From assembly GCF_009914755.1 (NCBI RefSeq), contig NC_060947.1: DNA of 64,000 bases; one strand, 5' to 3'. Below the pieces are notes generated by a model. That model was not told the DNA's origin, made no database searches, and worked only from the letters and a program-made list of their open reading frames with translations. The first letter of the stretch is position 1; each line of letters begins with the position of its first letter. The stretch is from the human T2T-CHM13v2.0 reference genome, Homo sapiens. Made by a program: the position numbers and the translations under genes. Below are positions 1 through 14,953 of the stretch, piece by piece.

Positions 1-17
1 AGGAATAGTAATTATAG

Positions 18-325
18 GTATGGTGTCACGCCTGTAATCCCAGCACTTTGGGATGCCGAGGCAGGTGGATCACTTGAGTCCAGGAAATCAAGACCAGCCT
101 GGGCAGCATAGTAAGACTGTGTCTCTAGAAAAAAAAATTTAAAATTAGTCAGGCATGGTGATGCATGCCTGTTTTCTCAGCTACTTGTGGGGCTGAGGCA
201 GGAGGATGGCTGCAGTGAGTCATGATCGCACCACTGCACTCCAACCTGGCCATCAGACTAAGGCTATGTCTCAAACAAAACAAAACAAAACAAAACAAAA
301 CAAAACAAAACAAAACAAAACAAAA
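18..325 (+). mobile_element. AluJ-like element with (CAAAA)n tail (273-325)
   Basis: cacgcctgtaatcccagcactttggg left arm, A-rich linker, right arm with a short internal deletion. Confidence 0.88.
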
Positions 326-1341
326 CTGGTGGGCTAGGACAGCCCCAAGAGAAGGTTGAGGATCTCTATCATGGGTCCCAGACGTTTGCACGCATTCACT
401 TATGAGTGTGTCCACAGAGGACATACACGTGCATTTGTGCATATTCAACCCCACACACATATGCACAGGCACACCATTCAAGTGTGCATACACACATACA
501 TAGAGACGAACACACATATACCCTGGCACAAACAGGCAAATGCACATGTACACACAGACAGTGCACATTCCTAGCATGATGTAGACTCACACACATATGC
601 ATGCATGCATATACAGAGGTAAGCACACAGGCACATCAGATACATACCCTCCTATGCACAAGCATGAGGGACACACAGAGACACAGCCAGGCACATCTCC
701 AAAAAGCCTGTAGACATACAAAAGCATGCACACGGCGTGAAGGTCCACGTGCATGCACATGCATATGCACAGGTCTGTGGTTGCTCATGTCCTTGGCAGA
801 TGTGAATCAACACATGGCTGGATCTCAGGGCTAAGAGGCAGCCTGCCGGATCCACACACTTGGACTGCGTGCTCCCTTTTCCAATGCTGCTGCTTTGAGG
901 CCCCAGTCAGAAAGGCAGGCTCTCTGGGCTCGGGAGCTCAGTCAAGGGCACAGGCTGCTGTGAGCCACCCTCCCTCTCTGAGCCAGGCCCCCTGAGTGCG
1001 GGAGACTGAGGGGTTTGAGGGGTGGGGAATGGCCGGGACAGATCCTGTCAGAGCTGAAAGGGCCCTCTCAGATCATCTTATTCAAACTTCTCATGGTCCT
1101 GATAGGGAAACCGAGCCCCTTCCCTCCCCCACCATATGGAGCCCTTCATCAGCTGAAGAGGTATGAGGAGGGGTGAAGCACACAAACTTGGGTTTCAATT
1201 CCACCCCACACCCACAGGCACACATACTAGCTGTGTGCCTTCGAGCAAGTCTTCTCCGAGCCTCAATTTCCTTGTTTGCAGAATGACACTAATCAGTGCC
1301 CGCCTCACAGAAATGCCACGAACATTTGGTGGGTGGGTTAA

Positions 1342-1672
<331 letters not shown>

Positions 1673-2131
1673 TAGGTGGTCAATACACATGATTTGTTGG
1701 AAGCAGCTTCCGAAACTGTGTACTAGAGGCACCACAGCAAAGAATGAGGGTTATTCTATATTTGAAAATTCCAGGGTTAGGGTCTCAGGTCCAGTCTGCT
1801 CCTTTGCCACAACTCCTCAGCCCTCTACTTTGACTATGCCTGGGTCTAGGAACAGAAGTGATCCATTTGGGAGATGAAGGCTGACACCCCAGAAGCCAGG
1901 GATGGTGGGAAGGTGGCAAAAGGCCAGGCCAGGGCTCAGGATTGCTTTGAGCTGCTCTTGTGTTAGGGGCAGCCAAGGGACAAGACGTTTAAGTGTGAGA
2001 TGAACCCAGTATAAATAGTCCAATACGTGTTTGCTGTGTCTTCCCCTGGAGGCCAGTCAGGGCCCGGAAGGCATCCATGGCCCCTTGGTACAACGAAGCA
2101 TGCATGAGTCAGTTTCTCACCCGCTCCCCCG

Positions 2132-3292
2132 CAACACACAGCCACACACCCCACACTCCACACACATGAAACACACACCACACACACACCACAAACACAT
2201 CACACCATACACACACCACACACCACACACATACACCACACTCCCCCACACACACACCCCACACACCACACACACACACACCACACACCACACACACACC
2301 CCACACACCCCACACCCCACACACACCCCCACACACCACACCACACACACACACACCCACACACACCACACACACACCACACCACACACACACACACCAC
2401 ACCACACACACCACACCACACACACACATCACACACACCACACACACACACCACACCACACACACACACCACACACCACACACCACACACACACCACACA
2501 CCACACACACACCACCACACACACACACCCCACACACCACACACACACATCACACACCACACACACCACACACCACACACACACACACACCACACACCAC
2601 ACACACACCACACACCACACACACCACACCAAACACACACACCACACACACACAACACAGCACACACACATCACACACACACCACACCACACAACATACA
2701 CACACCACACACACACACCACACATACACCACACACACCACACACCACACCACACACACCACACACCACACACACACCACACCACACACCACACACACAC
2801 ACCCCACACACCACACACACCCCACACACACCCCCAAACGCACACCACACCACACACACACACCCCACACACACCACACACACCACACCACACACACCAC
2901 ACACCACACATACACCTCACACCACACACACACACCCCACACCCCACACACACACCCCACACCCCTCACACACACCATACACACCACACACACCACACAC
3001 ACCACAGCACACACACACCACAGCACACATACACCACACACACACCACACACACACCACACCACACAAGCACACACACCCCACCACACACACACACACCC
3101 CACACACCACACACACACCATACACGCCACATACACCCCCCAACACACCACACCACACACACACCACACCACACATACACCACACACACCACACCACACA
3201 CACACACCACACGCCACACACACACACACCTCACACATCACACATACCACAAACACACACACCACATACACACACACACACCACATACATAC
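2132..3292. repeat. ~1.15-kb compound/cryptic CA-rich tandem repeat (CA, CCA, CACAC units)
   Basis: Almost exclusively C and A on the + strand; produces the spurious His/Thr/Pro and Cys/Val ORFs. Confidence 0.97.
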
Positions 3293-5687
3293 AGAACCAT
3301 TTCTTTGATGTATTCTTTTGCCCCCTTCCAGCACTTAGCATGGTGTTATGCACATAAGGGGTGCCCGGAACACAAATCCTCCCTCATGTTACTCCGCTTC
3401 AGGTGGGCATATCAGGTCCTAGAGGGCACTGGCTTGGGAGGTGGGAAATCTGCCTGGAGCGCCATCTCAACCATGACCTCTGGATGACCTTGAGAGGGTC
3501 AATTCTCTCTCCTGTCCCTCAGTTCCCTCCTCTTATAGGTAGATAATCATGCAATATCAGAGATGAAAAGGCCCTTGGAGGTCATCTATTCCTCTTTCTC
3601 TGTTCCTCTCTCCAAACTACCAGTGAGGAAACTGAGGCCCAGAAAGGGGAGAGATGTGGCCAAGGTCTCAGAGGGCATCAGGACACAGCGGATTCCAATG
3701 TGGTCTGTGTAATACACCATAATCTCCCTACTCGTTCTGTGGCAAAATCCAAACACAACTTGTCTCTGGTAAAATCTAAAAGCAGTACTGGGGGAATGTC
3801 TCTACACATGCCACACACACACATGCATACATGCACGTATGTGTTAACAACCCTGCCGTACCTACCCACAAGGCTTCTATGGGAGTTAAAGCAAATCATG
3901 GACAGACAGTCGTGTGGACTGGGAAGGCTCATAGAGGTGAACCTCCCAGTCGTGGGCCAACATGGGATCCCATGCTTTTCACTAGGCACCATACTCACAT
4001 ACTTAGGTCACGCACATGAGTGTGTATGTGCACAAGGGCTTTCCTGAGCTCGCCCAGGCACACATTCTCAAGCACCATCTCCTGTGAATGCTCTCATCCA
4101 AGTATGCATGAGACTTCCATGTGGCTGCTCTTATACATGGCTTCCCAGGCACCTGTTCATATGGGTGTGAGGTTTCACACCCCCTGTGCAGGCTCACATT
4201 CATGCACACACACACACACACTCGCAAGTGAGGTGAGCATGCATCCTCCTTATGTGTGCTTGCCCATACCCCAGCCCCTCTCTGCCCCCAGGCCAGCTCT
4301 CAGCTTCCCAATCTGCCTAGGAGCAGCCTGGCAGGATATGGGGTGAACGTGTGACGATGATAGGGTGATTCAGCAATTTCACTCCCAGCCTCCAGGATGT
4401 CTCTCCTTTTTCATTCCTTTGCCCTTGTCATCCCAAGTAAGTCCAATTTGCCACATGCAGTGTGTATTTGTTGTGGAAGGGGCAGGGGGAGTATAGAGAA
4501 TTCAGGGGTTCACATGAATGTATACAAACTCCTGGGGCTGGAAAGGGACCTCAGAGACTCCTCGATGCCATCACTACAGAGTTGCCTCTATCACATCTTA
4601 CCAAAAGAATGGCCAGACACTTGCACACCTCCAGTGATGTGGAGCTCACCGCTTCCTCAGGACACTATTGCAGATCCCTTCGTCAGTCTGATGTGTGTGT
4701 GTGTGTGTCTGTCTGTCTGTGAGTGGAAGTACTAATGTACATGTGCACATATGAGACAGTATATACAGCCAGCCACGTCTTAATTACTTGTTCCAAAGAA
4801 ATAAATTATGACATAAGACTCTCAGGTCATGGTAAAACCACGTAGAGGGGGAAAGGCAAGGGCCTATACTCCATAGAAGGAAGGTTCACTCGCAGGGCCC
4901 TTTCTGCAGAGTTCCACAGCCCACTCAAATAACCTGTCAGCTGGGTGATAGGTATTGGCCCCCTATATGTGTGAAAAATTCAGACCGTGGATTGTCCCTG
5001 ACATGGTTAATTGTAAGATGCCTAGATGCTGGACATATGCTGTGTAACTTTGAGGCACAGGCCCATGGGCTAGAGCAAAATAATAAGTTGTGGTAAGGTT
5101 ATTGGCATAGATGGAGCTCAAGAGAGTTGTGAGGTGGCTTCTGGGTGATCTAGGAAGCTTTCTGGGACCAGTTTTTGGGACCAGAGTAGAAGGCAGCTTA
5201 GTGTTGCCAAAGGAGCACTGGACACAGAGTGAGACTGACCTGGATATTACGTCCACCTCTGCCACATCTAGGCTGAGTGCTCCTGGGCCTGTCACCTCTC
5301 CTCAGTGGATAAGACTTAATGGAGTTGCCAGCGAGATGATGTCTGTAAAAGCCTGTTACAAGGTAGATGCTCCATTGAATCTGAATCTGAAGGGATGATC
5401 TTTGGAAGAAAAGGGCAAGGAGTGTTTTCAAGGCAGAGTGAGGTTGGAGACATGTGAGGGAAGAGTCATAGATCCAAGGGACTTGTCCTGAGTGGAGGTG
5501 TTGGGAATGAATGGAAATGGGAAGAGGAGGAAGAACAAGAGACTTTGAAATTTGTCTGTGGGAGTTTGAACTTCATGTTCTTGATGCAGTGAAAAGACCA
5601 AAACATCTACATGGAGTCAAGCCCTTCACCTATCTGAGCCACAACTTGCTAGCTGTGTTGACCATGAGAAAGTTACTTCGCCTTTCT

Positions 5688-6490
5688 CAAAAGAAGACAT
5701 TTATGCCGCCAAAAGACACATGAAAAAATGCTCATCATCACTGGCCATCAGAGAAATGCAAATCAAAACCACAGTGAGATACCATCTCACACCAGTTAGA
5801 ATGGCGATCATTAAAAAGTCAGGAAACAACATCAGGAGAGGGTGTGGAGAAATAGGATCACTTTTACACTGTTGGTGGGACTGTAAACTAGTTCAGCCAT
5901 TGTGGAAGACAGTGTGGCGATTCCTCAAGGATCTAGAAGTAGAAATACCATTTGACCCAGCCATCCCATTACTGGGTATATACCCAAAAGATTATAAATC
6001 ATGCTGCTAATAAAGACACATGCACGCATATGTTTATTGTGGCACTATTCACAATAGCAAAGACTTGGAACCAACCCAAATGTCCATCAATGATAGACTG
6101 GATTAAGACAATGTGGCACATATACACACCATGGAATACTATGCAGCCATAAAAAAGGATGAGTTCGTGTCCTTTGTAGGGACATGGATGAAGATGGAAA
6201 CCATCATTCTCAGCAAACTATCTCAAGGACAAAAAACCAAACACCGCATGTTCTCACTCATGGGTGGGAATTGAACAATGAGAACACCTGGACACAGGAA
6301 GGGGAACATCACAGACCGGGGCCTGTTGTGGGGTGGAGGAGGGGGGAGGGATAGCATTAGGAGATATACCTAATGTAAATGATGAGTTAATGGGTGCAGC
6401 ACACCAACATGGCACATGTATACATATGTAACAAACCTGCACATTGTGCACATGTACCCTAGAACTTAAAAGTATAATTAAAAAAGAAAA
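5688..6490 (+). mobile_element. 5'-truncated primate LINE-1 (L1PA3/4-like): ORF2 C-terminus relic, 3'UTR and A-tail
   Basis: ORF2 peptide [35 protein letters not shown]...; typical 3'UTR with G-rich tract; 19-bp TSD aaagttacttcgcctttct at 5669-5687 and 6491-6509; interrupts a MIR. Confidence 0.95.
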
Positions 6491-7591
6491 AAAGTTACTT
6501 CGCCTTTCTGAGCCTTAGTTTCTTGCTCCAAAAAATGTAGATAATAGTACCCAACTTACATGGTTATTATGAAGCTCAAATGAGTTAATATGTATAAAGC
6601 TCTTAGAAAAGGGGCACATAGTAAGCATTGCTCATCTTTATTATTTGTACACTGGGGAGAATGATAACTCCTACCTTATAGGGCTGTAGTAAGGATCAAA
6701 TGAGAATGATCCCAAAGCCTGTTGAGATGTTTATTTGTTGTTATCTTGGACAAAATGTGTGTGTGTGGGGGAGTTTCCTTAGGCTGAGAATAGCCTTAAG
6801 TAATTCATTCTTTCACTAGTTCAACCAAGCAATATTTATTCAGGGCCTACTATGTGCCAGACACTGTGTTAGGTCTTGAGGAGATAGGTAATGGTGAGCA
6901 AAACTGCTGTAGGTCCTCATCTCATGCAGCTTACTGTCTAGTGGATACAAAATGAGTTTTTCACACTCAACCCCCAAGTGCCCTATTGGTGGGCACGATT
7001 GATTTAGTCCAGAAAATTTCAGTATATGAAACTGTTCAATGCGTTAACAGTTTTAGTTAATCTAGAACCTGTGATTGGCCATCCCACCTAGTCCTTAAGG
7101 CAAAGGGATAGCCATGCTGAAGTGTGAGTAATTCCTGCAACAGCAAAGTCTGGAACAATCTTAGGCTCAGCCTGGAAATGGGGATGGGGACCCCTCTGCC
7201 AAATTTGCCTGATCCGAAGCTCCTAACCCTTGCCCCATCAGCACAACTGGTGTGATTTACTCGAGTCATGTGAGATTGGATAATATTTGTTCTCGGGGGT
7301 GGAAGAGATGGGGACGAGCATTGGGAAGGTGAGATGGGGAGTAGGAAGCAAGGCTTCAACTCTGACTTAAGTCTCTTCAGATACAGATTCTTACTTTGCT
7401 TTTAGCTTCTTTGATGCCAAAAGGTGTACAAGTGGGAGGTCCCGGCGGGGTGGAGGATATACTTCCTATGGCTATGGTGGAGGTTGGGGGAGGCAAAAAT
7501 GAGTTGGAAGAGGCTGCAGATTGGCAATACCAGACTTCTCTTTTACCCCTAAAGACTAGAGAAAGTTAGAACTAATACTAGCTAATATTTG

Positions 7592-7624
7592 CACTTGATC
7601 TTAGCCAAGAGGTCAGGAAGTGAT
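7592..7624 (-). pseudogene. 3'-truncated U2 snRNA retropseudogene (U2 nt 1-33) with 15-bp TSD
   Basis: Reverse complement atcacttcctgacctcttggctaagatcaagtg vs U2 ATCGCTTCTCGGCCTTTTGGCTAAGATCAAGTG, 28/33 identical by hand. Flanked by direct repeat actagctaatatttg at 7577-7591 and 7625-7639. Confidence 0.88.
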
Positions 7625-7639
7625 ACTAGCTAATATTTG

Positions 7640-7850
7640 TAGAGCACATACTATGTGGTGTACACTGTTCGAAACCCTCCACATATATTAACTCATTTCA
7701 CCATCACAATAATCCTGCAAGGCAAGCTATCATTGTCATCATCCTCATTTTACTGAAACACAGAAAGGTTTAGAAATTTATCCAAGATTACACAGCTATT
7801 AAGTGGTGAATTGGGGATTTTTAACCCAGGTAATCTAGTTTCAAAGTCCA
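7640..7850 (-). mobile_element. MIR SINE (representative; many others, e.g. ~8570, 12830, 14380, 19620, 25350, 26630, 28310, 30340, 32000, 32700, 34650, 40300, 50290, 52070, 61730)
   Basis: MIR core motifs such as cattttacagatgaggaaactgagg / cctcagtttcctcatctgtaaaatg; boundaries approximate. Confidence 0.7.
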
Positions 7851-10800
7851 CTATGTTCATGTAATCTGTGCTGCATTTCTCCACCTATAAAATGAGGAGG
7901 CTGGATTGGTTTATCTCTGAGTCTTTCCAGCTCTGACAGTCTCATTATATTTCACATATACTTCTATGAACTTCCAGGCCAAATGAAAAAAAAATGCTGC
8001 TCCCAAATGTCAGTGATTTCCACTAAAGTCCCTCGGGAGGAGAGTGGGGAGCCCAGGCTCAGGGAAAAGAGCCGACACTGGAGCTTGGTCTTCCCAGCAG
8101 CCTCTAGGGCCTGAGAACAGCTGGGGACCTGGGAAGCTCTGGGAGCCAGGGCCCGGCCTGCATTTCCAAGTCACTTGTAACAATAACAAGGAGCAGCAGC
8201 TCAGGCAGCCTCTGCTGGGATTTGGGGTCAGAGGTTTCACAGTGGGTGGAGGAACAGACCTCCTCAACTCCATCCCTCTGGGCAGCCCTTGAGCTGTTGC
8301 TGCTGCTGCTGTCAGGGCCCTTAGAGTCCAGGTCAATCAGCAGTTCCAAGGCTGAGGCTGCCAAGGGGCAGGGGAAAGGAAGTCCTGCACTTGGGGAATG
8401 GGAGTTGAGGCCCTGGAAATGGATGCAGGCTGACTTTCCCTGGCCCTTTCCTCTACCTTGGGTTGGTTGCCTTCTGGGAGCTGGAGAGAAGAATGTAGTA
8501 TGAAGATATAATGTCATAGATGGAAATAGGACACTGATCTAACAGCCCTGGTTCTGCCTCCTCTTCTCTTCTCTAAGCCTCAGTTTCCTTACCTACAACA
8601 TGAGGAGAATATTCCCCACTTCATAATTGATTGTGATGATGACCTATGTGAAAAGGCCTGCCACACAATGGGTGCTCAGTAAATATGAGTTGAATGTAAA
8701 GATAGTTGATTGATTGCTCTAGGTGACCCTGGGCCCATAGCTTGGACTCTGTTTTTTCATCTATAAAATGAGGAAACATTTTTACCTGCCATTCCCTTCA
8801 TTCCCTGGCTGAGGAGAGCCTAGAATTGGGGACATCCTGTGGAAGTGAAAGGACAGTAGAAAACACAGATGCGACTACCCTCAGGGTCAGGAAGTGGGTT
8901 GTTTAAGCAATTTCCTCATTCCTTCTATTCCCGCCCCTGCTCCCACCCCTGGTCAGACTAGTTTAGAGTCTGGAAAAGAAGCTCCATCCCACACTGGAAT
9001 CCCCGTGTCTCTCTCCTCCAGCCCCTTCCTACACTCACCCTTATAGGGCGCCTCTCCCGGAAAGACTCTGCAGTTCTGGGCAGGAAGGAGGGTCCCTGTT
9101 GACTGGTGAGAAAGTCAAGTCTTTGGGATATTACATTCCTGAGATTATCCAGAGAACCCCTGGGGGTTGCAGCTGCTGCTGACTCTCCTCCCTGGCCCTA
9201 CTCTTGGCCTGCTGTGGACATGAGGACTGTAGGGCCCAAGGCAGGAGAAAGATTGGGGGAAAGGCTCAAAGGCAAAGAGTCAGGCCTGGAGCAGCCCTGC
9301 AGGCCAGGTGAGGAGTCAGGATGGGGCAGGAGGAAAGGATGTCCTGGCAGCACTGGCAGGAAGGAATTAAGGGGAAAAGCGTCCGAGGGAGTAGGAATTT
9401 TTGCCAAGGGGAGACTTATAAAACCATCAGCATTCCTTAGGCTATAGGTTGGGGGCCCTTTTCGGGGGTGGATGAGTAGGTATTAGATCACAGTCATCCT
9501 GGTGGATAGAGATGGAAAATCAGGCTTTCTGAGAGGCCTTCTGTGAGGCCCACATACTCCAAGCCAGTGTGGGACAGCTTGCACCCTTGGGGGGAGACAG
9601 AGGGGAGGTAGGTGTTCTGGGGGTTCCTCAGGAGGCTGTCCCAGATTCTGAGTTCTATAAAAGCCTTCTAGAATTTATTGCTTCCATTGCTCTTTCCCAG
9701 CTGGGATTGTTCCTCATCCTCTCCTTTGTGATAGAAGACTAAGAATTGTCAGGCACCTACCTCTCATTTGGTAACAAGTCTGAAGCCCAGCAAAGAATTG
9801 GTCAAAGGTACAGGGTCAAGCGCAGAATGTGTCAGTCAGTCCTTCTTGAAACCAGCTCTCCTCTGCCCTTTTCAGGGACAAGATTGGCATCCTCCAGGGC
9901 TGTAGCACCCCATCCCCAGCAGACATCACATCCCGAACATGAGCATATGTCTCCAGGTCATTGACATGGGGTTTAAAAGTGGCACCGTGACACCAGTGCT
10001 CCAACTTAGGACCTGGTGGCAGGCTCAATTGAGCTTCAGCCCACATACCATCCTCCATCTCTACTCAGCTGTCTCTGAACTGTGAGCTGCTCTAAGAAAC
10101 CAGCCTGTGTCTAATTGACCCCTGTGTCCTGCGACAACCTGGCTCAAAACAGCCCCTATTCTAGGCCTAGCCTAGAGAAAGTTTGCCAAGTGCATAGAAC
10201 ACACATGGACTCCCATGTACGTACAAGTGGCCAAAGCCACTGCACCCACCTTCCAGCTGAGAGACCCCAAGACAGAGGAGTCAGCTCCAGAGGGCTCATG
10301 AGAGCCTGCTTTCCACAGTGGCCATGGTCTGTGCTGGCAAAACTCAGGATAGGCCTGGGGGCGGTGAGAGCCCACTCTGGAAGAAGGGAGGGCCAAGCTG
10401 TGAATAGGGCTCTGTGTGGCCCGGCTGAGAAGGCTGGGGGAGGCTGGAATGTGAAGAACGTGCTCTCATGACTGTGGTCCTAGGCCTGGGTCTATGGCAC
10501 AGGACTGGCTAGGAGTGAGGGGTGGGGATGTTGGAGGTGGTTAGAGAAGGAAGGGAGAGGTGGGGCAGAGAAACCAGGCAAGGCAAGGAAAAAAAGTCTC
10601 TCCAGACATCTCCTCAGATACCAGGGCAAGGGCTGGTCCTAGAGCCTGGAGGCTGAGCGAAGAGGATGCTGGGGAGAGTGAGCTCCATCCCAGCCACTTG
10701 TGGCTGAGGATGGCCCGGTTCTGGACAAAGCTTGTCCATAGCCTTTGCAGCTTGTCTCCAAACTACACCTCTCAGACCTCCCTACTTCTCACCCAGCAAC

Positions 10801-11313
10801 CATCGTTCTGTTTTTATCCTCCTTTTGGCTCTGGCTTTCGCATTTGCACTCTTTCAACGTGTTTCCCTTTTCTCTGAAAAAACTCATGATCTGCCTTTTA
10901 TTTTTGCCTGGCAACTGTATCTCCCACTAGACTGAGAGCTCCTCCAGGGCAGGAATCACATCTGCTTTTGTTCATGTTTGCATCTGCAGGTCTACCCCAG
11001 TGCCTAGTGGACTGCTCAGAGCAGATGCTCCACAGACTTTTTTGAATTCAACAGGTCTAAGGGGAAATTCATTACAACAGGAAGATTTCCCCCCGTATAC
11101 CCCCAAATAACTTTTTCCTCTGTTCCTGACTTCAGTTAATAGCACCACCATCCACCCAGTTGCCAGGCCAGAAACATTGGGGTCATCCTTGACTCCTCGC
11201 TTATCTTCCCACATCCTATCATTTACTTTGGTTCTACCATGTAAATTGTCTATATATTGGTCCCCTTCTTCCTACCCTAAGGACCACTGCCCAACCCAGA
11301 ACCTTACCACTAA

Positions 11314-11752
<439 letters not shown>

Positions 11753-13699
11753 TCTGGTCTCCCCTTCTCTAGTTTTGCCTAGGCCCCCCATTCCCAATCC
11801 ATCCTTCACTCAACAGTTAGAGTAACATTCCGAAACATAAATCTGACTACGTTACCTCTCTGTTTAGGCCCCCTCAATGGCTCTCCATTGGGCTCTAGAT
11901 AAAGTCTCAAGTTCTTAAGATGACCTATAAGGCCCTTCGTGATCTGGCCCCTAACCTGCTGCTTCAGATTCATTTCCCACTCTCTGTCTGGCACTCTGCT
12001 CTCCAGCTAGACCAAGGTCCTAAATGTGACAGTTCTGGGAAATGAGATGAACAGACGGGTGGGACAAACCACAGGCTTTGATACATCCTCATCCTTTTCT
12101 ATTCTCTCCCTTCTACCTGCCAGGCTCTTTGCCCCCTTGTCTTCTTGATGAACAACTGCTTAGCTTTCAAGACCTGTTCTAAACACTACTTCCTTCATGA
12201 GGGTCCTTATGACAATGTGCCCCCACTCCCAGCAACAAATTACTCCCTCTGCTCAGTTCCACAAGGCTTTATACTTTCCAATAGCACTCACATTGAATTG
12301 TGATGATTTGTGCATGTAATCGACTCCCCCTCTGAGCTGAGAGTTCATCAAGGGCAGGGAATATGTCTGATCTATATGAATCCCTGAGTACCTAGCACAG
12401 GACTTAGCTCTGAGGAGGTACCTAATGAATGAGTGAATAAATAAAGGAATATATGAATGAATGACCCACTGGATGAGAAGATTGTCACCACTAATCCTGG
12501 TCTTCTTCTAGAGTGGCTGTCTTTATAACTTTTGGATTCTTGGCCTCTGGGTTCAGAACCTCCAAATCAGAGGGATATGTTCTACAACAAGGAAACAAAA
12601 AGGGCCTTCACTTTGTAGCAGAAATCTTTGATGCAAAAGTTCATATGCTATCTTCCCCTGTAAGTCTTTCAGCTACCAAAATAGCATCAAGATTAAGGTC
12701 AAAAGCAGAGTGGGACTCATGGGCCTGATCCAATCCAGGTTATTCTGGACCTCAGAGAGAAAAAAATAGAGTGCCATAAAATTGGGAGCCCTATTGATCT
12801 CAAGCACAGACTTGGTTCTGACATTTACCTTGACCTTGAGCAAATCATTTCACTTCTGTGCCCCATTTGCCTTATGTGTCACATGAAGATAATAAAATCT
12901 ACCATGCAAGATGGTTGTAATGGCCAAAGAAGGTCACTCATTTGCAACCTATAAATCCCTAAATTTAAGGCCTACTTATCTCCTGAACTATCTGTAATTC
13001 TGTTAAAACTATGATGGGTTAGGCTGGTGGAGTGGGGGAGTAGGAGATTTAATAGGACTAGAGCATAGAGTACAGTCTGTCCCACCCATCAGTTCATCTC
13101 TTAATTTCCAAGAACTGTCACATTTAAGACCTCACAGGGGCCTGCTTTGTCCTTCTCTTCTACTCTCTCATCCTTTCTCATTCTTCTTTCCTCCCCCTTT
13201 GTCTACACTGAGAATTATATTGACTTGCTTAATCATAGTTCCACTTTGTAGCTTTGTAGCAAACTTTCATATCTGTCGCTATTGGTCTTTCTCCTCTGGT
13301 CACGCCGATCTCATTCTAGAACTTTTTATCTCCTTCACACTAACATCCCTCAAGGGTCCTGCCAGTGAACACTCGGGAGGACATCCCCCATCCCTCCTCT
13401 CTCCTGTGGCCAATTGTGGGCTACGAGGGTGGATCAGACCTTTAGTCATTTTAGGGTAATCTAAGGCTGAGACAAATCTTTTAGGATTAGGAAGCATTGT
13501 GGTCAAGTGTCTGCACCTGGTATGGCAGTCATTGTGCAGAGGGTAAGAGATAGACACATACTATGGCAACTATTTTCCTGATAACCACTTGGTTGGTTTA
13601 GAGGCTGGCTGTGTGAAAGGAGAACAGGCAAGAAGACCCTTCTACCTCTAAGAGGTACCCTTCTTTCCTTCCTTCTTTCTTTTCTCTCCTCCTTAACTA

Positions 13700-14330
13700 T
13701 TGAATGAATGTCTCTACAACTACCATTTTAGCCCAAGCCACTGACATTGTTTGCCTGAACTACTGCAAAAGCCTCCTAACAGATCTCCCCACTTCCACCC
13801 TGGCTCTACAATCCACTTCCTACCCAGCAGCCAGAGTGACCTTTTGAAGGTAGAAATCAGATCTTGTCATTCTCCTGCTCTATATCCACCAATGGCTGCC
13901 TACTGTAATTTGAATCAAAGTCCAAATCCTTACCCTGGCCTTAGCCTCTCATAATTTGGCCTTCATTTCTCTCTTCACCATCCGCCTGAAATGCTCTTCA
14001 CCTAGCTCTTCACATTGCTGACAACTTCTTGCCATCTGGGTCTCTGCTCAAAGTTCAGCTCTTTAGAGAGACCCCTCAGGCCACCTCTCTATCCCCCCAC
14101 TCAATCACTCTCTACCTCATCCTGTCTTTAAAAGTTTCTCCTTCTTGGTTCTTAGTGATGACTGAAATTTCCTTATTTCTTTGTTTACTTATTTATTGTT
14201 TGTCTCTTCCTACTAAGAGTTCAGCTGCGTAAGGATCTCATCTGTCTAGATCACTGCTATATCCTTAGCATCTAGCATAGTGCTCTGAAGGGCACTGGTA
14301 TTGTATAAATATTTGTTGAATGCATGAATT
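13700..14330 (+). mobile_element. L2 LINE 3' fragment
   Basis: actactgcaaaagcctcctaacagatctccc ... cagcagccagagtgaccttttgaag ... aaatatttgttgaatgcatgaat. Confidence 0.7.
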
Positions 14331-14953
14331 TATAGAGTGCTTAATCATTTTAAAAAGTGCCTTTATGTACGTTAATTTGTCACAAAGCCTGTGAAGTCGG
14401 GATTATTGCTTTCCTAGTCTTATGAATGCAGATGCTGAGGCTAAAGAGGTTATGAGTGATGTTCAATGTCACATAATCAGTAAGCAGGGGAAGGTGACCC
14501 TGAACTTGGGTTCTCCAATTCTGAATACTGCCCTTGCCACCAACACATCCTGTTTCTAGCCTTGTTGATGCTATACCAAGGATGGTATGTGCCAAGCAAA
14601 TGTTGACTTATTCTTTAATAATCTTTCTTATCAGGCCTCGGAACAGTACTGTGAGCTGTGGCAGAGTGTCTCCAATCCCCTGACCTGGGGGCCTTCTCCA
14701 TTCAGGGAGAGTGAAGTGAACCAGCAGGATCAGCCATGGGGTAGCAGAAAGAACAGTTGTATGGAGTGGGCAGCCAGGAGTCTGGGTCTGGGCTCCACTT
14801 TGCTCCTTACTTCATTTTCCTTTTCTTTGGACCTCCATGTGTCTTTCTGTAAAATGGGTAATGGGTAGATCGAACTTGCTAACTTTAAGATCGCTTTCAG
14901 TTCAGATATTGCATCTCTGCAATGCCTTGACTTCTTCTCTGTTTCTTTTGCAG

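Noticed and set aside
2031-3334. 425-aa His/Thr/Pro-rich ORF and overlapping Cys/Val-rich antisense ORFs
   Set aside because: Artefacts of the CA repeat, which lacks stop codons; no splice or promoter support.
5720-6152. ORFs resembling a real protein
   Set aside because: Frameshifted C-terminal fragments of L1 ORF2 in a truncated element.
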